Below, one piece after another: positions 18,250 to 26,532 of a DNA stretch of 64,000 nucleotides. Source of the stretch: Shuttleworthella sp. (GTDB lineage: Bacteria; Bacillota; Clostridia; Lachnospirales; Lachnospiraceae); contig JAZQBE010000028.1 of assembly GCA_045545575.1 (NCBI GenBank), forward strand, positions 4,618 through 68,617, read 5' to 3'. A model generated the notes under the pieces. That model saw only the letters and a list, made by a program, of their open reading frames with translations. It had not been told where the DNA came from and ran no database searches. Positions within the stretch are counted from its first letter, which is position 1. Every line of letters starts with the position of its first letter. Position numbers and translations under genes: made by a program.

Positions 18250-18498
18250 TTATGCTTCGCAAAGCTGCATGCGGATTTCTTTGGTGATGATATCGGTGTA
18301 GCTGAACGAAAGCAGCTGCGCGGGTTTCTTGCTCTCCCGGTTGTCAATTAAAATGGTAAAAACACTCGGGTACGCTTCCTTGATCACGCCTTCCTGAATA
18401 TCCACCTTGTTGCGTCCCCTGTCCAGCTGAATCCGCACTCTGCTGCCGCACTGCTGCTGAACGGAGGCGCGCACCTTCTCGAAATCTGCCTGCTCCAT
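18250..18498 (-). CDS. veg: Veg family protein
   Basis: 82 aa from the ATG at 18498 behind GGGAGGAAAG. '...GVIKEAYPSVFTILID...SFSYTDIITKEI' parallels B. subtilis Veg ('GILAETYPSVFVIQLD...SYSYADILTETV'). Confidence 0.8.
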   Translation of the reverse strand: MEQADFEKVRASVQQQCGSRVRIQLDRGRNKVDIQEGVIKEAYPSVFTILIDNRESKKPAQLLSFSYTDIITKEIRMQLCEA

Positions 18499-18608
18499 AA
18501 AACTCTTTCCTCCCAATAACTGTCAAATAAAGCTTTTGCCTGCCCGCAGGATCCCCCTGCATGCAAGCGCATAGTATTGTAACATCTCTGTTACAATTTG
18601 TCCAGTGC

Positions 18609-19400
18609 CTATAAAGACGGATTGCTGATGCTGTGCGGCCGTTCTTTTTCCTTCGGCAGCGCCTTCTCTTCCCAGACAGCCGCGTTTTCTTTGAGCATTT
18701 CCGCGATCCGTGTCTGCACCTGTTCCGGAAGCGCACGTTTTTCTTCCATGGAAAGATTTTTCGTCTCGACGGGGGTGCCCACCTGCAGGATCACGGTGGA
18801 CCGGCGGAGCCACGGCAGATGGTCTTCAAAGACTGCGGAGCTGTTTGTGATGGCGATCGGGACGATGCGCGCGCCGGACTTCGTCGCGATTTTGAAGCTG
18901 CCGCCCTTAAACGGCAGCATGTCCGTTTCGCGGGAACGCGTTCCTTCCGGGAAAATCAGAACCGAAATCCCGTTCTGCACGAATTCCGCGGCGGTCTGCA
19001 CCATCTTCACGCCGGCGCGGATATCGTCACGGTCCAGAAACAGGCAGTACAGCCGGCGCATCCAGACCCGCAGAAGGGGCACCTTTTCCAGCGCGTTTTT
19101 GGCAATGAAGCCGGTCAGCCCCGGGCAGAGCGGATAGGTGAATACGATATCGAAAATGCTGCGGTGGTTTACGATGTAGACGACGGCCTCGTCTTTCGGA
19201 AGGTTCTCCTCTCCGATCACGACAAGGCGCGTTCCGGCGATGACGCGCACCACGCGAAAGGCCCACTGCACGATGTGCAGGCTGCTTTGATCCCGCAGTG
19301 CGGGATTCCGCTTCCCGATCAGCCACTCGATCCCGAAGATCGGGATGCTGCAGATCAGAAACAGGACGACAAAGATGCCGGCCAGAATCAGACGAATCAT
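18609..19400 (-). CDS. plsC: 1-acyl-sn-glycerol-3-phosphate acyltransferase
   Basis: Acyltransferase blocks 'NHRSIFD' and 'FPEGTRS', with an N-terminal TM segment. RBS AAAGGAG. Confidence 0.85.
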   Translation of the reverse strand: MIRLILAGIFVVLFLICSIPIFGIEWLIGKRNPALRDQSSLHIVQWAFRVVRVIAGTRLVVIGEENLPKDEAVVYIVNHRSIFDIVFTYPLCPGLTGFIAKNALEKVPLLRVWMRRLYCLFLDRDDIRAGVKMVQTAAEFVQNGISVLIFPEGTRSRETDMLPFKGGSFKIATKSGARIVPIAITNSSAVFEDHLPWLRRSTVILQVGTPVETKNLSMEEKRALPEQVQTRIAEMLKENAAVWEEKALPKEKERPHSISNPSL

Positions 19401-19413
19401 CCGTCACACTCCT

Positions 19414-20595
19414 TTACATGGTTTTTGTGCCCTTCGCACCGCCTAAGGTCTGCATGTTCAGGATGTTGGTGTCGAAGGTGAAGGTCAGGGTATCCTGGGT
19501 ACGGCGGCGGCGAAGCGCCAGGGTAATCAGGCTGTCCAGAAGCTGCGGATAGGCAATGCCGACGGGCTCCCACAGATAGAAGGCCAGCGACCCGGGGATC
19601 GTGTTGATTTCGTTGAAGAAGAGGCTTCCGTCCTCTTCGTCGATCATGAAATCGATGCGCGCCACGCCGCTGCAGCCGAGGGCCTGGAACGCACGCACGG
19701 CCATGTCGCGCACGAATTCACGCGCCTCCGGCGAAAGGTCCGCCGGAATCCGGCGGCTGACACCGGCCATGCCTTCGGATTTGCCGTTCTTGCCCTGGTT
19801 GACGTATTTATCCTTGTAGTCGAGGATTTCGCCGGTATGCATCGGCTCCTCGCACTCCGAGGCGATCGCTTCGTTTTCGTCGCCGAGCACCGCGCAGTTG
19901 ATCTCGCGCAGCTTCAGGATGCCGCGCTCCACCAGCACGCAGCCGGCATAGCGGAAGGCGTCGTCAAGGCGGCTGTAGAGTTCCTCCCGGTCATGGGCGA
20001 GGCCGATGCCCACGCTCGAACCGAGGTTCACGGGCTTGACGATGACCGGGTAGCCGATCTGGGCTTCCACGGTGTCCATGACGCGCTCGATGTCGGCGTA
20101 ATCCTTCGTGAAGAACCGCAGGCAGTCGAGCACCGGCACGCCGTTGTCCTTCAGCACGGCCTTCTGGACGTATTTGTCCATGCCGATGGCGGAGGCGGTT
20201 ACGTCGCAGCCGCCGAAGGGCACACCCACGGTCTTCAGATAGCCCTGCAGCGCGCCGTCTTCCACGTTGGTGCCGTGCACCACCGGAAGCACGACGTCGA
20301 TTTCCACCATTTCGCTGTGGAACAGCCGGCGCGGATACGGCATGAAGTAGTAGCGCTGCTCCTCGTTGATCAGGATGACACGGCGGGATTCGGACAGCAG
20401 CCTGTCGATGTCCTTGTAGGCATCGATGTCGCCGATCCGGTCGCCGATGTACATTTCGTTCTGCTTGGAGATGTAGACCGGCATCACGTCGTAGGTTTCA
20501 CGGTCGATGTTCATGTATGCCTGAATGCCGGAAATGACAGAAACCTCATGTTCCACGCTCTTGCCGCCAAACAGAACCGCAACTCTTGTTTTCAT
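19414..20595 (-). CDS. ddl: D-alanine--D-alanine ligase
   Basis: ATG at 20595 behind AGGAGGAG. 'VAVLFGGKSVEHEVSVISG', an ATP-grasp core, 'DYKDKY' (omega-loop Tyr retained) and 'NEINTIPG'. Confidence 0.9.
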   Translation of the reverse strand: MKTRVAVLFGGKSVEHEVSVISGIQAYMNIDRETYDVMPVYISKQNEMYIGDRIGDIDAYKDIDRLLSESRRVILINEEQRYYFMPYPRRLFHSEMVEIDVVLPVVHGTNVEDGALQGYLKTVGVPFGGCDVTASAIGMDKYVQKAVLKDNGVPVLDCLRFFTKDYADIERVMDTVEAQIGYPVIVKPVNLGSSVGIGLAHDREELYSRLDDAFRYAGCVLVERGILKLREINCAVLGDENEAIASECEEPMHTGEILDYKDKYVNQGKNGKSEGMAGVSRRIPADLSPEAREFVRDMAVRAFQALGCSGVARIDFMIDEEDGSLFFNEINTIPGSLAFYLWEPVGIAYPQLLDSLITLALRRRRTQDTLTFTFDTNILNMQTLGGAKGTKTM

Positions 20596-20679
20596 ACTCT
20601 CCTCCTGTGTCCTTCCCATGGGCGGCGCGTCTGATGCGCGGGGTCCGTTCCCCGGCCCGCGAAACGCGCAAAGTGATCG

Positions 20680-22470
20680 TCAGTAGTTATCCGGCAGATC
20701 GTTCTCGAGCAGAATGTATTTGTGCCCGTGATCCTTGATCGCGTAGACGTACTGCATGGCTTCCTCGATCCGTCCGAACACCGCGATGCGGTTTTCGGGG
20801 AAGCCGGCGTCCACAGCGCCCCGGTAAATCGGCTCCGTGTGCTTCGGTCCCACCAGGACGATATGGTCGCAGCAGCCGGTCGCATACGTGCCGAATTTAT
20901 AATTGTATTCTTCTTCCTGTTCGCCAAGCTCCACCATGCCGGGCGTGACAAGGATGCGCACACCATCGAACATGGCGAGCGTCTCCACCGCCGCCCGCGA
21001 GCCGATCGGATTGGAATTGTAGGCGTCGTCGATGATGGTGGCCGCCGCCCCGGGCTTGATCTGCATCCGGTGCTCCACCGGCTCCAATCGCCGCACCGGC
21101 ACCTTCAGTGCCGGAAGCGAAATGCCCAGCTTGTGGGCAACCGCGATGGCGCCTAAAACGTTGATCACGTTGTGCCGGCCGATCAGGTGCATGGAGAAGC
21201 GCTCCGTCTCGCCCGAAGGCGCCGTCACGGTGAAATCGGTTCCGCGGGACGAAACCGAGATCTCCGTCGCGTAATAGTCCTCATACGCGGCGCTCCGGCC
21301 GGTTTCCGCCGCAGCCGCCGGTTTCGCGGAGAGCTCCGGCCACAGGGAGGCCGGGTTTTCAGCGGCCGCGGGCTGCGGGCGCATCGAGGCGGCTGCCGCC
21401 GGCACCGCGTCTGCCCAGACCTGTGTCTGGTAGCGGACGGCGCCCGGGTACTTCGCGATCTGCCCGCGGATGTACTCGTTGTCGCCGTTGACAAACAGCA
21501 TACCCCCTTCCGGAAGCGCGTCCGCCAGCTCGAACTTCGTGGAAATCACCTGTTCGATGCCCCCGAAGGTTTCCAGATGCTGGGGGCCGATGGACGTGAT
21601 GATGCCGTGATCCGGGTGGACCAGGTCGCAGATCTCCTTGATCTCGCCCACGTAGCGCGCCCCCATTTCGCAGAGGAACACCTCGTGGGTGGGACGCAGG
21701 GACGAGCGCACCGTCCGGGTAATGCCCAGCGGCGTATTGAAGTTGCCGGGCGTAATCAGCAGGTTGAAATGATCCTGCAGCAGGGTCTGCAGATAATACT
21801 TGACGCTGGTTTTCCCGTAGCTGCCCGTAATGCCGATGATGACCAGGTCCGGATTCTCGGCCAGAAGGCGCCTGCAGTCGTTCAGGTAATAGCGGTTGAC
21901 GGCCTTCTCCATCGGATGGTTGATGAGATTCACCAGAAGAATCATGACCGGCAGCAGCATGCAAAGCACGTTGGCCGCCGCCAGCGCGCCCGCGGCCCCG
22001 AACAGCCGGCCGCACAGAAGGATGCCCGCCGCGCACAGCACCAGCGCCGTCGCGGCCTGGCGTTTGACCCGGTTGGTAAAGACCAGTTTTTTCTTGGTCA
22101 GATACCGCTTCAGGAAGCGGAAATAGTACACCGTAAAGCCCAGCACCGCGGCCAGAAGCACCAGAAGCAGAAGCCCGAAGACCAGGCGCGCGCCGGACCG
22201 TCCTCCGGTCAGCAGGAAGGAAAGAAGCTTCCCCTCTTTCTGCGCCGCGGCCGTCTTCACGAGCAGGCCTTTGCCCAGAAGCAGCGCCGAAAGCACCGAC
22301 AGCACAGCCGGGACGGCGATCACCGCCTCGCGCTTCCAGTTGCCGCGCAGCCAGGTGATCTGCTCCCCGTTCATGTAGGTGTTCAGCTGGAACATGTGCA
22401 GATTGTAACGCAGCACGTACCAAATCGAAGCCGCGGAAAGCGCCGCGCAAAGAAGAAACAGAAAGATCAT
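20680..22470 (-). CDS. murF: MurF-type Mur ligase (UDP-MurNAc-tripeptide--D-Ala-D-Ala ligase-like) with a ~190-aa polytopic membrane N-terminal region
   Basis: P-loop 'IGITGSYGKTS', 'EMGARYVGEI', 'ITSIGPQHLETFG', 'IDDAYNSNP' and 'LVTPGMVELG'. The N-terminal 190 aa consists of hydrophobic segments. Strong RBS GGGAGGTG and an ATGA overlap with the upstream gene. Confidence 0.75.
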   Translation of the reverse strand: MIFLFLLCAALSAASIWYVLRYNLHMFQLNTYMNGEQITWLRGNWKREAVIAVPAVLSVLSALLLGKGLLVKTAAAQKEGKLLSFLLTGGRSGARLVFGLLLLVLLAAVLGFTVYYFRFLKRYLTKKKLVFTNRVKRQAATALVLCAAGILLCGRLFGAAGALAAANVLCMLLPVMILLVNLINHPMEKAVNRYYLNDCRRLLAENPDLVIIGITGSYGKTSVKYYLQTLLQDHFNLLITPGNFNTPLGITRTVRSSLRPTHEVFLCEMGARYVGEIKEICDLVHPDHGIITSIGPQHLETFGGIEQVISTKFELADALPEGGMLFVNGDNEYIRGQIAKYPGAVRYQTQVWADAVPAAAASMRPQPAAAENPASLWPELSAKPAAAAETGRSAAYEDYYATEISVSSRGTDFTVTAPSGETERFSMHLIGRHNVINVLGAIAVAHKLGISLPALKVPVRRLEPVEHRMQIKPGAAATIIDDAYNSNPIGSRAAVETLAMFDGVRILVTPGMVELGEQEEEYNYKFGTYATGCCDHIVLVGPKHTEPIYRGAVDAGFPENRIAVFGRIEEAMQYVYAIKDHGHKYILLENDLPDNY

Positions 22471-23273
22471 GCTTCACCTCCCTGCGGTTCCCCGGATTCG
22501 TCCTGCGGCATCAGAAACGCCTTCAGGATGCCGGCGAAAACGGCCGGCTGCTCCAGAAACGCGTAATGCCCCGCCCCCGGGATCACGGCCAGGCCGGCGT
22601 TCGGCATCAGCGTCTCCATCTTCTGTCCGTCGGACAGCGGGGTCGCGTCGTCGTTTTCACCCCAGATCAGAAGCGTTTCCGCACTCACTTTTTCAAACAG
22701 ACCGGACAAATCCTCGTTCACGGCCATCACCAGCGTCCGCCGCATCAGCGGCGTCGCGTTCCGGTAATCCTCGGAGCCCTGCCGGCTGCGCCAGTCGTCG
22801 ATGAGATCCGGGAAGAATTCGTACACCCAGGGCTTGCTCAAAAAGTCCCGCATGCGCTTGTAGCGGCGCGTTTTCGCCTCCTGCGCCTTCGTGCGCTGCG
22901 GAAGGACGCCGGCGCTGTCCATCAGCACCAGCCGCACCAGCTCAAAGGAGCGCTCGGGCCGCGATGCCAGAACGATCGACACGCGTCCGCCGTAGGAGTG
23001 CCCCAGAAGGATGACGCGGCGAAGCTTCAGCGCGGCCGCGAAGTGATCGACGAAATCCGCGTAGGTGTTCACGTCCCAGGGCTCCGCCGGCTCTTCGCTC
23101 GCGCCGAAGCCCGGGAAGTCGAGCTGGATCACGCGGTATGCCGGCAGGAGGAGATTTGCCACGCTGTCGTACAGTTCGCAGCGCGTGCCCCACCCCTGCA
23201 GGATCAGAACCGCCGTCTCCGCGGTTCCCTGATCTTTATAGTGGACATACTGTCCGTCAATGGTGATTTCCAT
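22467..23273 (-). CDS. Alpha/beta-fold hydrolase
   Basis: 268 aa with the nucleophile elbow 'LLGHSYGG' and late 'GAGHYAF'. It is translationally coupled to the murF-like gene. Confidence 0.8.
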   Translation of the reverse strand: MEITIDGQYVHYKDQGTAETAVLILQGWGTRCELYDSVANLLLPAYRVIQLDFPGFGASEEPAEPWDVNTYADFVDHFAAALKLRRVILLGHSYGGRVSIVLASRPERSFELVRLVLMDSAGVLPQRTKAQEAKTRRYKRMRDFLSKPWVYEFFPDLIDDWRSRQGSEDYRNATPLMRRTLVMAVNEDLSGLFEKVSAETLLIWGENDDATPLSDGQKMETLMPNAGLAVIPGAGHYAFLEQPAVFAGILKAFLMPQDESGEPQGGEA

Positions 23274-23339
23274 ACTTTATCGGTCTCCGAAAAACAACCC
23301 GGCCGCAACTAATTCAGTATACCACATCTTCATCCGCTT

Positions 23340-24272
23340 TTACAGCATCCGGATCAGCAGTCTTCCGTCTGTCCGCCCCTCTTTCACTGCCCGCCGGATC
23401 CCCCGGATCCGGCTCCACAGATTCATTGCGTCCGACCGGTACAGAAGCCGTTCCGCGCGCCGGGCATAATCGGCGGCAAAGGCGTCCTGTCCGAGCAGGG
23501 ACGATGACACCGCCAGGTTCGCGCAGAGCGCGGCCTTCTGCGTCCGTTTCACCGCGGCCCGCGCCGAATCCCGGGACAGGCCGCTCTGCAGCAGCGCCGT
23601 CCAGATCCGGACGGCGATCACCGGCTCCCGCAGGGCCAGAAGCGACACCGCCATCGCGTTCCAGGCCTCCATCTGCTCCCAGCTGTCCGACGCCGCGTGC
23701 GCCGACCGCGTCTCGATCCAGCGGATGGTTTCCTCCTCGGTCAGCTCCGGAAAGCCGTCGGATCCGGCGACAAAGCTTACGGTGCTGTCTTGTTCAGCGG
23801 ACTGCAGGACCGCCGCAGCCCGGCAGACCGCGTGGCGGTTCCAGCTTTGCACCAGCAAAGGATCCGTGTCCGTCTGGCGGTCAATGCGCATGCCCTCCAG
23901 CAGCAGCATGGCGACGGCCTCAAACCGCACCTCGTTCGCGCCGCCGTTCTGACAGCCGCACAGCCAGCCATGGTGCTCGGCCAGCAGCCGCTCGGCTTCC
24001 GAAAGACGTTCCGCCAGAAGTTGGGCGCGGATCTCCCTTTTTACGGAATCCAGCCAAAAAAAGACCGGATCCGCGGAAAACGGTGTTTCCGTCGGATCCA
24101 GCCCAATACGTTCCATCAGTTGGCAGAGGATGCGGCTTCCGGCATTCCGATACCCGTTTTCGATACGGGAAAGGGTCGCCGGGTCACAAATGCCGTCCGA
24201 CAGCTGCTCCTGTGTCAGGCCCAGCTGAAGGCGGGTTTCCCTGATCAGGCCGCCTGGGTTCTGTCTGTCCAC
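23340..24272 (-). CDS. XRE-family HTH regulator with a helical-repeat (TPR-like) C-terminal domain
   Basis: GTG start. 'LIRETRLQLGLTQEQLSDGICDPATLSRIENG', then ~240 aa of predicted helical repeats. The architecture is RRNPP-like, but this is not proven. Confidence 0.7.
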   Translation of the reverse strand: MDRQNPGGLIRETRLQLGLTQEQLSDGICDPATLSRIENGYRNAGSRILCQLMERIGLDPTETPFSADPVFFWLDSVKREIRAQLLAERLSEAERLLAEHHGWLCGCQNGGANEVRFEAVAMLLLEGMRIDRQTDTDPLLVQSWNRHAVCRAAAVLQSAEQDSTVSFVAGSDGFPELTEEETIRWIETRSAHAASDSWEQMEAWNAMAVSLLALREPVIAVRIWTALLQSGLSRDSARAAVKRTQKAALCANLAVSSSLLGQDAFAADYARRAERLLYRSDAMNLWSRIRGIRRAVKEGRTDGRLLIRML

Positions 24273-24393
24273 TGCTGGTTGTCTTTTCTGTTTACGTCAT
24301 CCGGTTGACTGCTGCACTATGATCATAAACAAGAAAGGCGCAAAGAGCAAGGACCATTTTGGGCCGAACCGCAAAGGGGCGGCCGGCGGCCGG

Positions 24394-24921
24394 TCAGGCT
24401 TCCGGCTCGATCATGCCGTAGGTGTTGCCGCGGCGCTTGTAAACGACGTTGACCTCGTCCGTATCCGCATTGCGGAAGACGAAGAAATCGTGTCCGAGAA
24501 GCTCCATCTGGATGCAGGCATCCTCCGGATACATGGGCTTTAAGCCGATGCGCTTCGTGCGGACGATCTGGATTTCGCTGTCGTCCGGAACGTCTGCTTC
24601 GATGAAGTTGTCATTGAACATGCCCGCGGCCTGATGCCGGTCGATCAGCTTCTGGCGGTATTTTTTCACCTGCCGTTCGATGATTTCTTCCACCACGTCG
24701 ATGGAAACGTACATGTCGTTGCTCGTCTGCTCCGCGCGGATGACGTTGCCTTTGACAAAAATGGTGGCTTCGACTTTCTGACGCTCTTTTTCCACGCTTA
24801 AGGTCACATTGACCGGCGTGTCTTCAACAAAAAACCGGTCCAGCCGGGAAAAGGTCTTCTCTACCGCCTCCTTCAGGGATTCTGTCAGCTGCATGTTTCG
24901 TCCGGTAATTGCAATCTTCAT
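24394..24921 (-). CDS. hpf: Ribosome hibernation-promoting factor (long form)
   Basis: ATG at 24921 behind GAAAGGAGG. 'MKIAITGRNMQLTESLKEAVEKTFSRLDRFF' plus the C-terminal dimerisation domain '..MELLGHDFFVFRNADTDEVNVVYKRRGNTYGMIEP'. Confidence 0.92.
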   Translation of the reverse strand: MKIAITGRNMQLTESLKEAVEKTFSRLDRFFVEDTPVNVTLSVEKERQKVEATIFVKGNVIRAEQTSNDMYVSIDVVEEIIERQVKKYRQKLIDRHQAAGMFNDNFIEADVPDDSEIQIVRTKRIGLKPMYPEDACIQMELLGHDFFVFRNADTDEVNVVYKRRGNTYGMIEPEA

Positions 24922-24990
24922 GAAACGCCTCCTTTCGGGTTCCCCGGTCCGGCCGATGTTACGTTCCCGGCGGACCTTCCTATATAAAAT

Positions 24991-25019
24991 ACTATAGCGA
25001 AATCCGTCCCACGGTGCAA
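24991..25019 (-). promoter_or_regulatory. Putative hpf promoter
   Basis: Reverse strand: TTGCAC (25014-25019), a 17-nt spacer and TATAGT (24991-24996). Confidence 0.45.
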
Positions 25020-25125
25020 GAAAAAACCGTCCTGTTTTTTGACTTTTTCTTGACATTTTGAAAGTTAACAGACACAATGAACCAAGGTCCGTTTCATTGG
25101 ACAGTATTCAGCACAGGAGGCTCCC

Positions 25126-26148
25126 ATGGCAGGCAGACCGGACAGCAAAAAGAAACTGCTCTGTATGCTCTCAATTCTGAAAAACGAAACCGACAGCGAG
25201 CATCCCATGAGCATGCAGCGGCTCCTCGAGCGGCTTTCCGAAGAGGGATACGACGCCGAGCGCAAAAGTATCTACGCGGACATCGCCCTCTTCAACGACT
25301 TCAGCGCGGACTTTGACGCCGCCCGCGCCGACGAAATCGCCTACGTCAAGCCGCGGGGCTATTATTACGCCGGCGGCCTGTTCGAGATGGCTGATCTGCG
25401 GATGCTCGCCGAGGCGGTCGCGTCCTCCCGTTCCATTACGGAGCGTCATTCAAAGGAGCTGATGGAAAAGCTCGCCGGCCTGACCTCGCGCCACCAGTCC
25501 CGGCAGGTCTTCCGCCAGATCCTTGTGACGGACCGCGTCAAGACCGAGAACCGCACGGTTCCCTACACCATCGACGTCATCAACCAGTGTGTAGAGGAGG
25601 ACCGGAAAATCCGTTTCCTGTACAGCGACTGGGTGCTGAACGAAAAAAATCATCCCGTGCTCGTGCCCAGGCACGGCGGCAAAGTCTATTCCGCCAGTCC
25701 CTACGCACTGCTCTGGGATGATGAAAAATACTATCTGGTCGCCCGTGAAGACGGCCGCGGCCTCCTGCATTTCCGCGTGGACAAAATGACCGACGCCGCG
25801 ATGCTTGCCGTGCCCCGGGAAGGGGTCAAGGAGTGGAAAAACACCAACCCCTCGATCTACACCCGCAGCACCTTCGGCATGTTCGACGGCGAGCGCAAAG
25901 GCGTACAGCTCGTCTTCGCCCCGCATCTGCTCGGCGTGATGACCGACCGCTTTGGCCCGGACATCCGGGTGCGGCGCATCGCCGGCGAAGAAGAGCTCTT
26001 CGAAATCAAGGTCGACGTCTGCGTCAGTCCCCAGTTCTTCGGCTGGATCACGGGCATCGGCCCGGACGTGCGGATCACCGCACCCGCATCCGTCGTGGAA
26101 CAGTACAAAGCGCACCTCGACGGAATCCGGGGCCGCTACCTCGATTAG
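25126..26148 (+). CDS. HTH plus WYL-domain transcriptional regulator
   Basis: RBS AGGAGG. N-terminal wHTH 'KKLLCMLSILKNETDSEHPMSMQRLLERLSEEGY', a WYL core 'YYLVAREDGRGLLHFRVDKM' and a C-terminal extension. Confidence 0.8.
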   Translation: MAGRPDSKKKLLCMLSILKNETDSEHPMSMQRLLERLSEEGYDAERKSIYADIALFNDFSADFDAARADEIAYVKPRGYYYAGGLFEMADLRMLAEAVASSRSITERHSKELMEKLAGLTSRHQSRQVFRQILVTDRVKTENRTVPYTIDVINQCVEEDRKIRFLYSDWVLNEKNHPVLVPRHGGKVYSASPYALLWDDEKYYLVAREDGRGLLHFRVDKMTDAAMLAVPREGVKEWKNTNPSIYTRSTFGMFDGERKGVQLVFAPHLLGVMTDRFGPDIRVRRIAGEEELFEIKVDVCVSPQFFGWITGIGPDVRITAPASVVEQYKAHLDGIRGRYLD

Positions 26149-26513
26149 CGCCGCGCCACGGCGCGGGTCGCCACGATATCCACGCCGGTTCCGCAGACGT
26201 CAGGCAGCAGGACGTCGCCGATGGCCACCGGCGCTTTCGCGGTGACGTCCTTCAGCGCGGCCGCCACGTCCCGGACGCGCTCCTTCGGCACGTCCGCGGC
26301 GGTCTTGCACGAAACCATCGGAAAGACGCCGCCCTCCACATGCACCGTCGACGTGACGATGCGCGTCGGCGCGGTCACCTCTTTTCGCGCATATGCCTCG
26401 CCGCGCGGGCAGGTGTTGCCCGTCACCGACGTCACTTCGCCGTCCTCAAGCACCACGTGGATCGGGCACCCCAGCGGACAGCGGATGCAGATCAGATCCC
26501 GTTCTTCTTTCAT
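26145..26513 (-). CDS. DUF1667 domain protein (third subunit of the GlpA-like redox module)
   Basis: 122 aa with the Cys cluster 'ICIRCPLGC...NTCPRG'. Its stop overlaps the stop of the convergent WYL gene. Confidence 0.8.
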   Translation of the reverse strand: MKEERDLICIRCPLGCPIHVVLEDGEVTSVTGNTCPRGEAYARKEVTAPTRIVTSTVHVEGGVFPMVSCKTAADVPKERVRDVAAALKDVTAKAPVAIGDVLLPDVCGTGVDIVATRAVARR

Positions 26514-26532
26514 CGCAATTCCTCGATTCTTT

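Noticed and set aside
19414-20595. The possibility that the ddl next to the atypical murF is a Van-type D-Ala-D-Lac or D-Ala-D-Ser ligase.
   Set aside because: The omega-loop region reads 'DYKDKY', retaining the Tyr typical of D-Ala-D-Ala ligases. No vanH, vanX, vanR or vanS-like genes are nearby.
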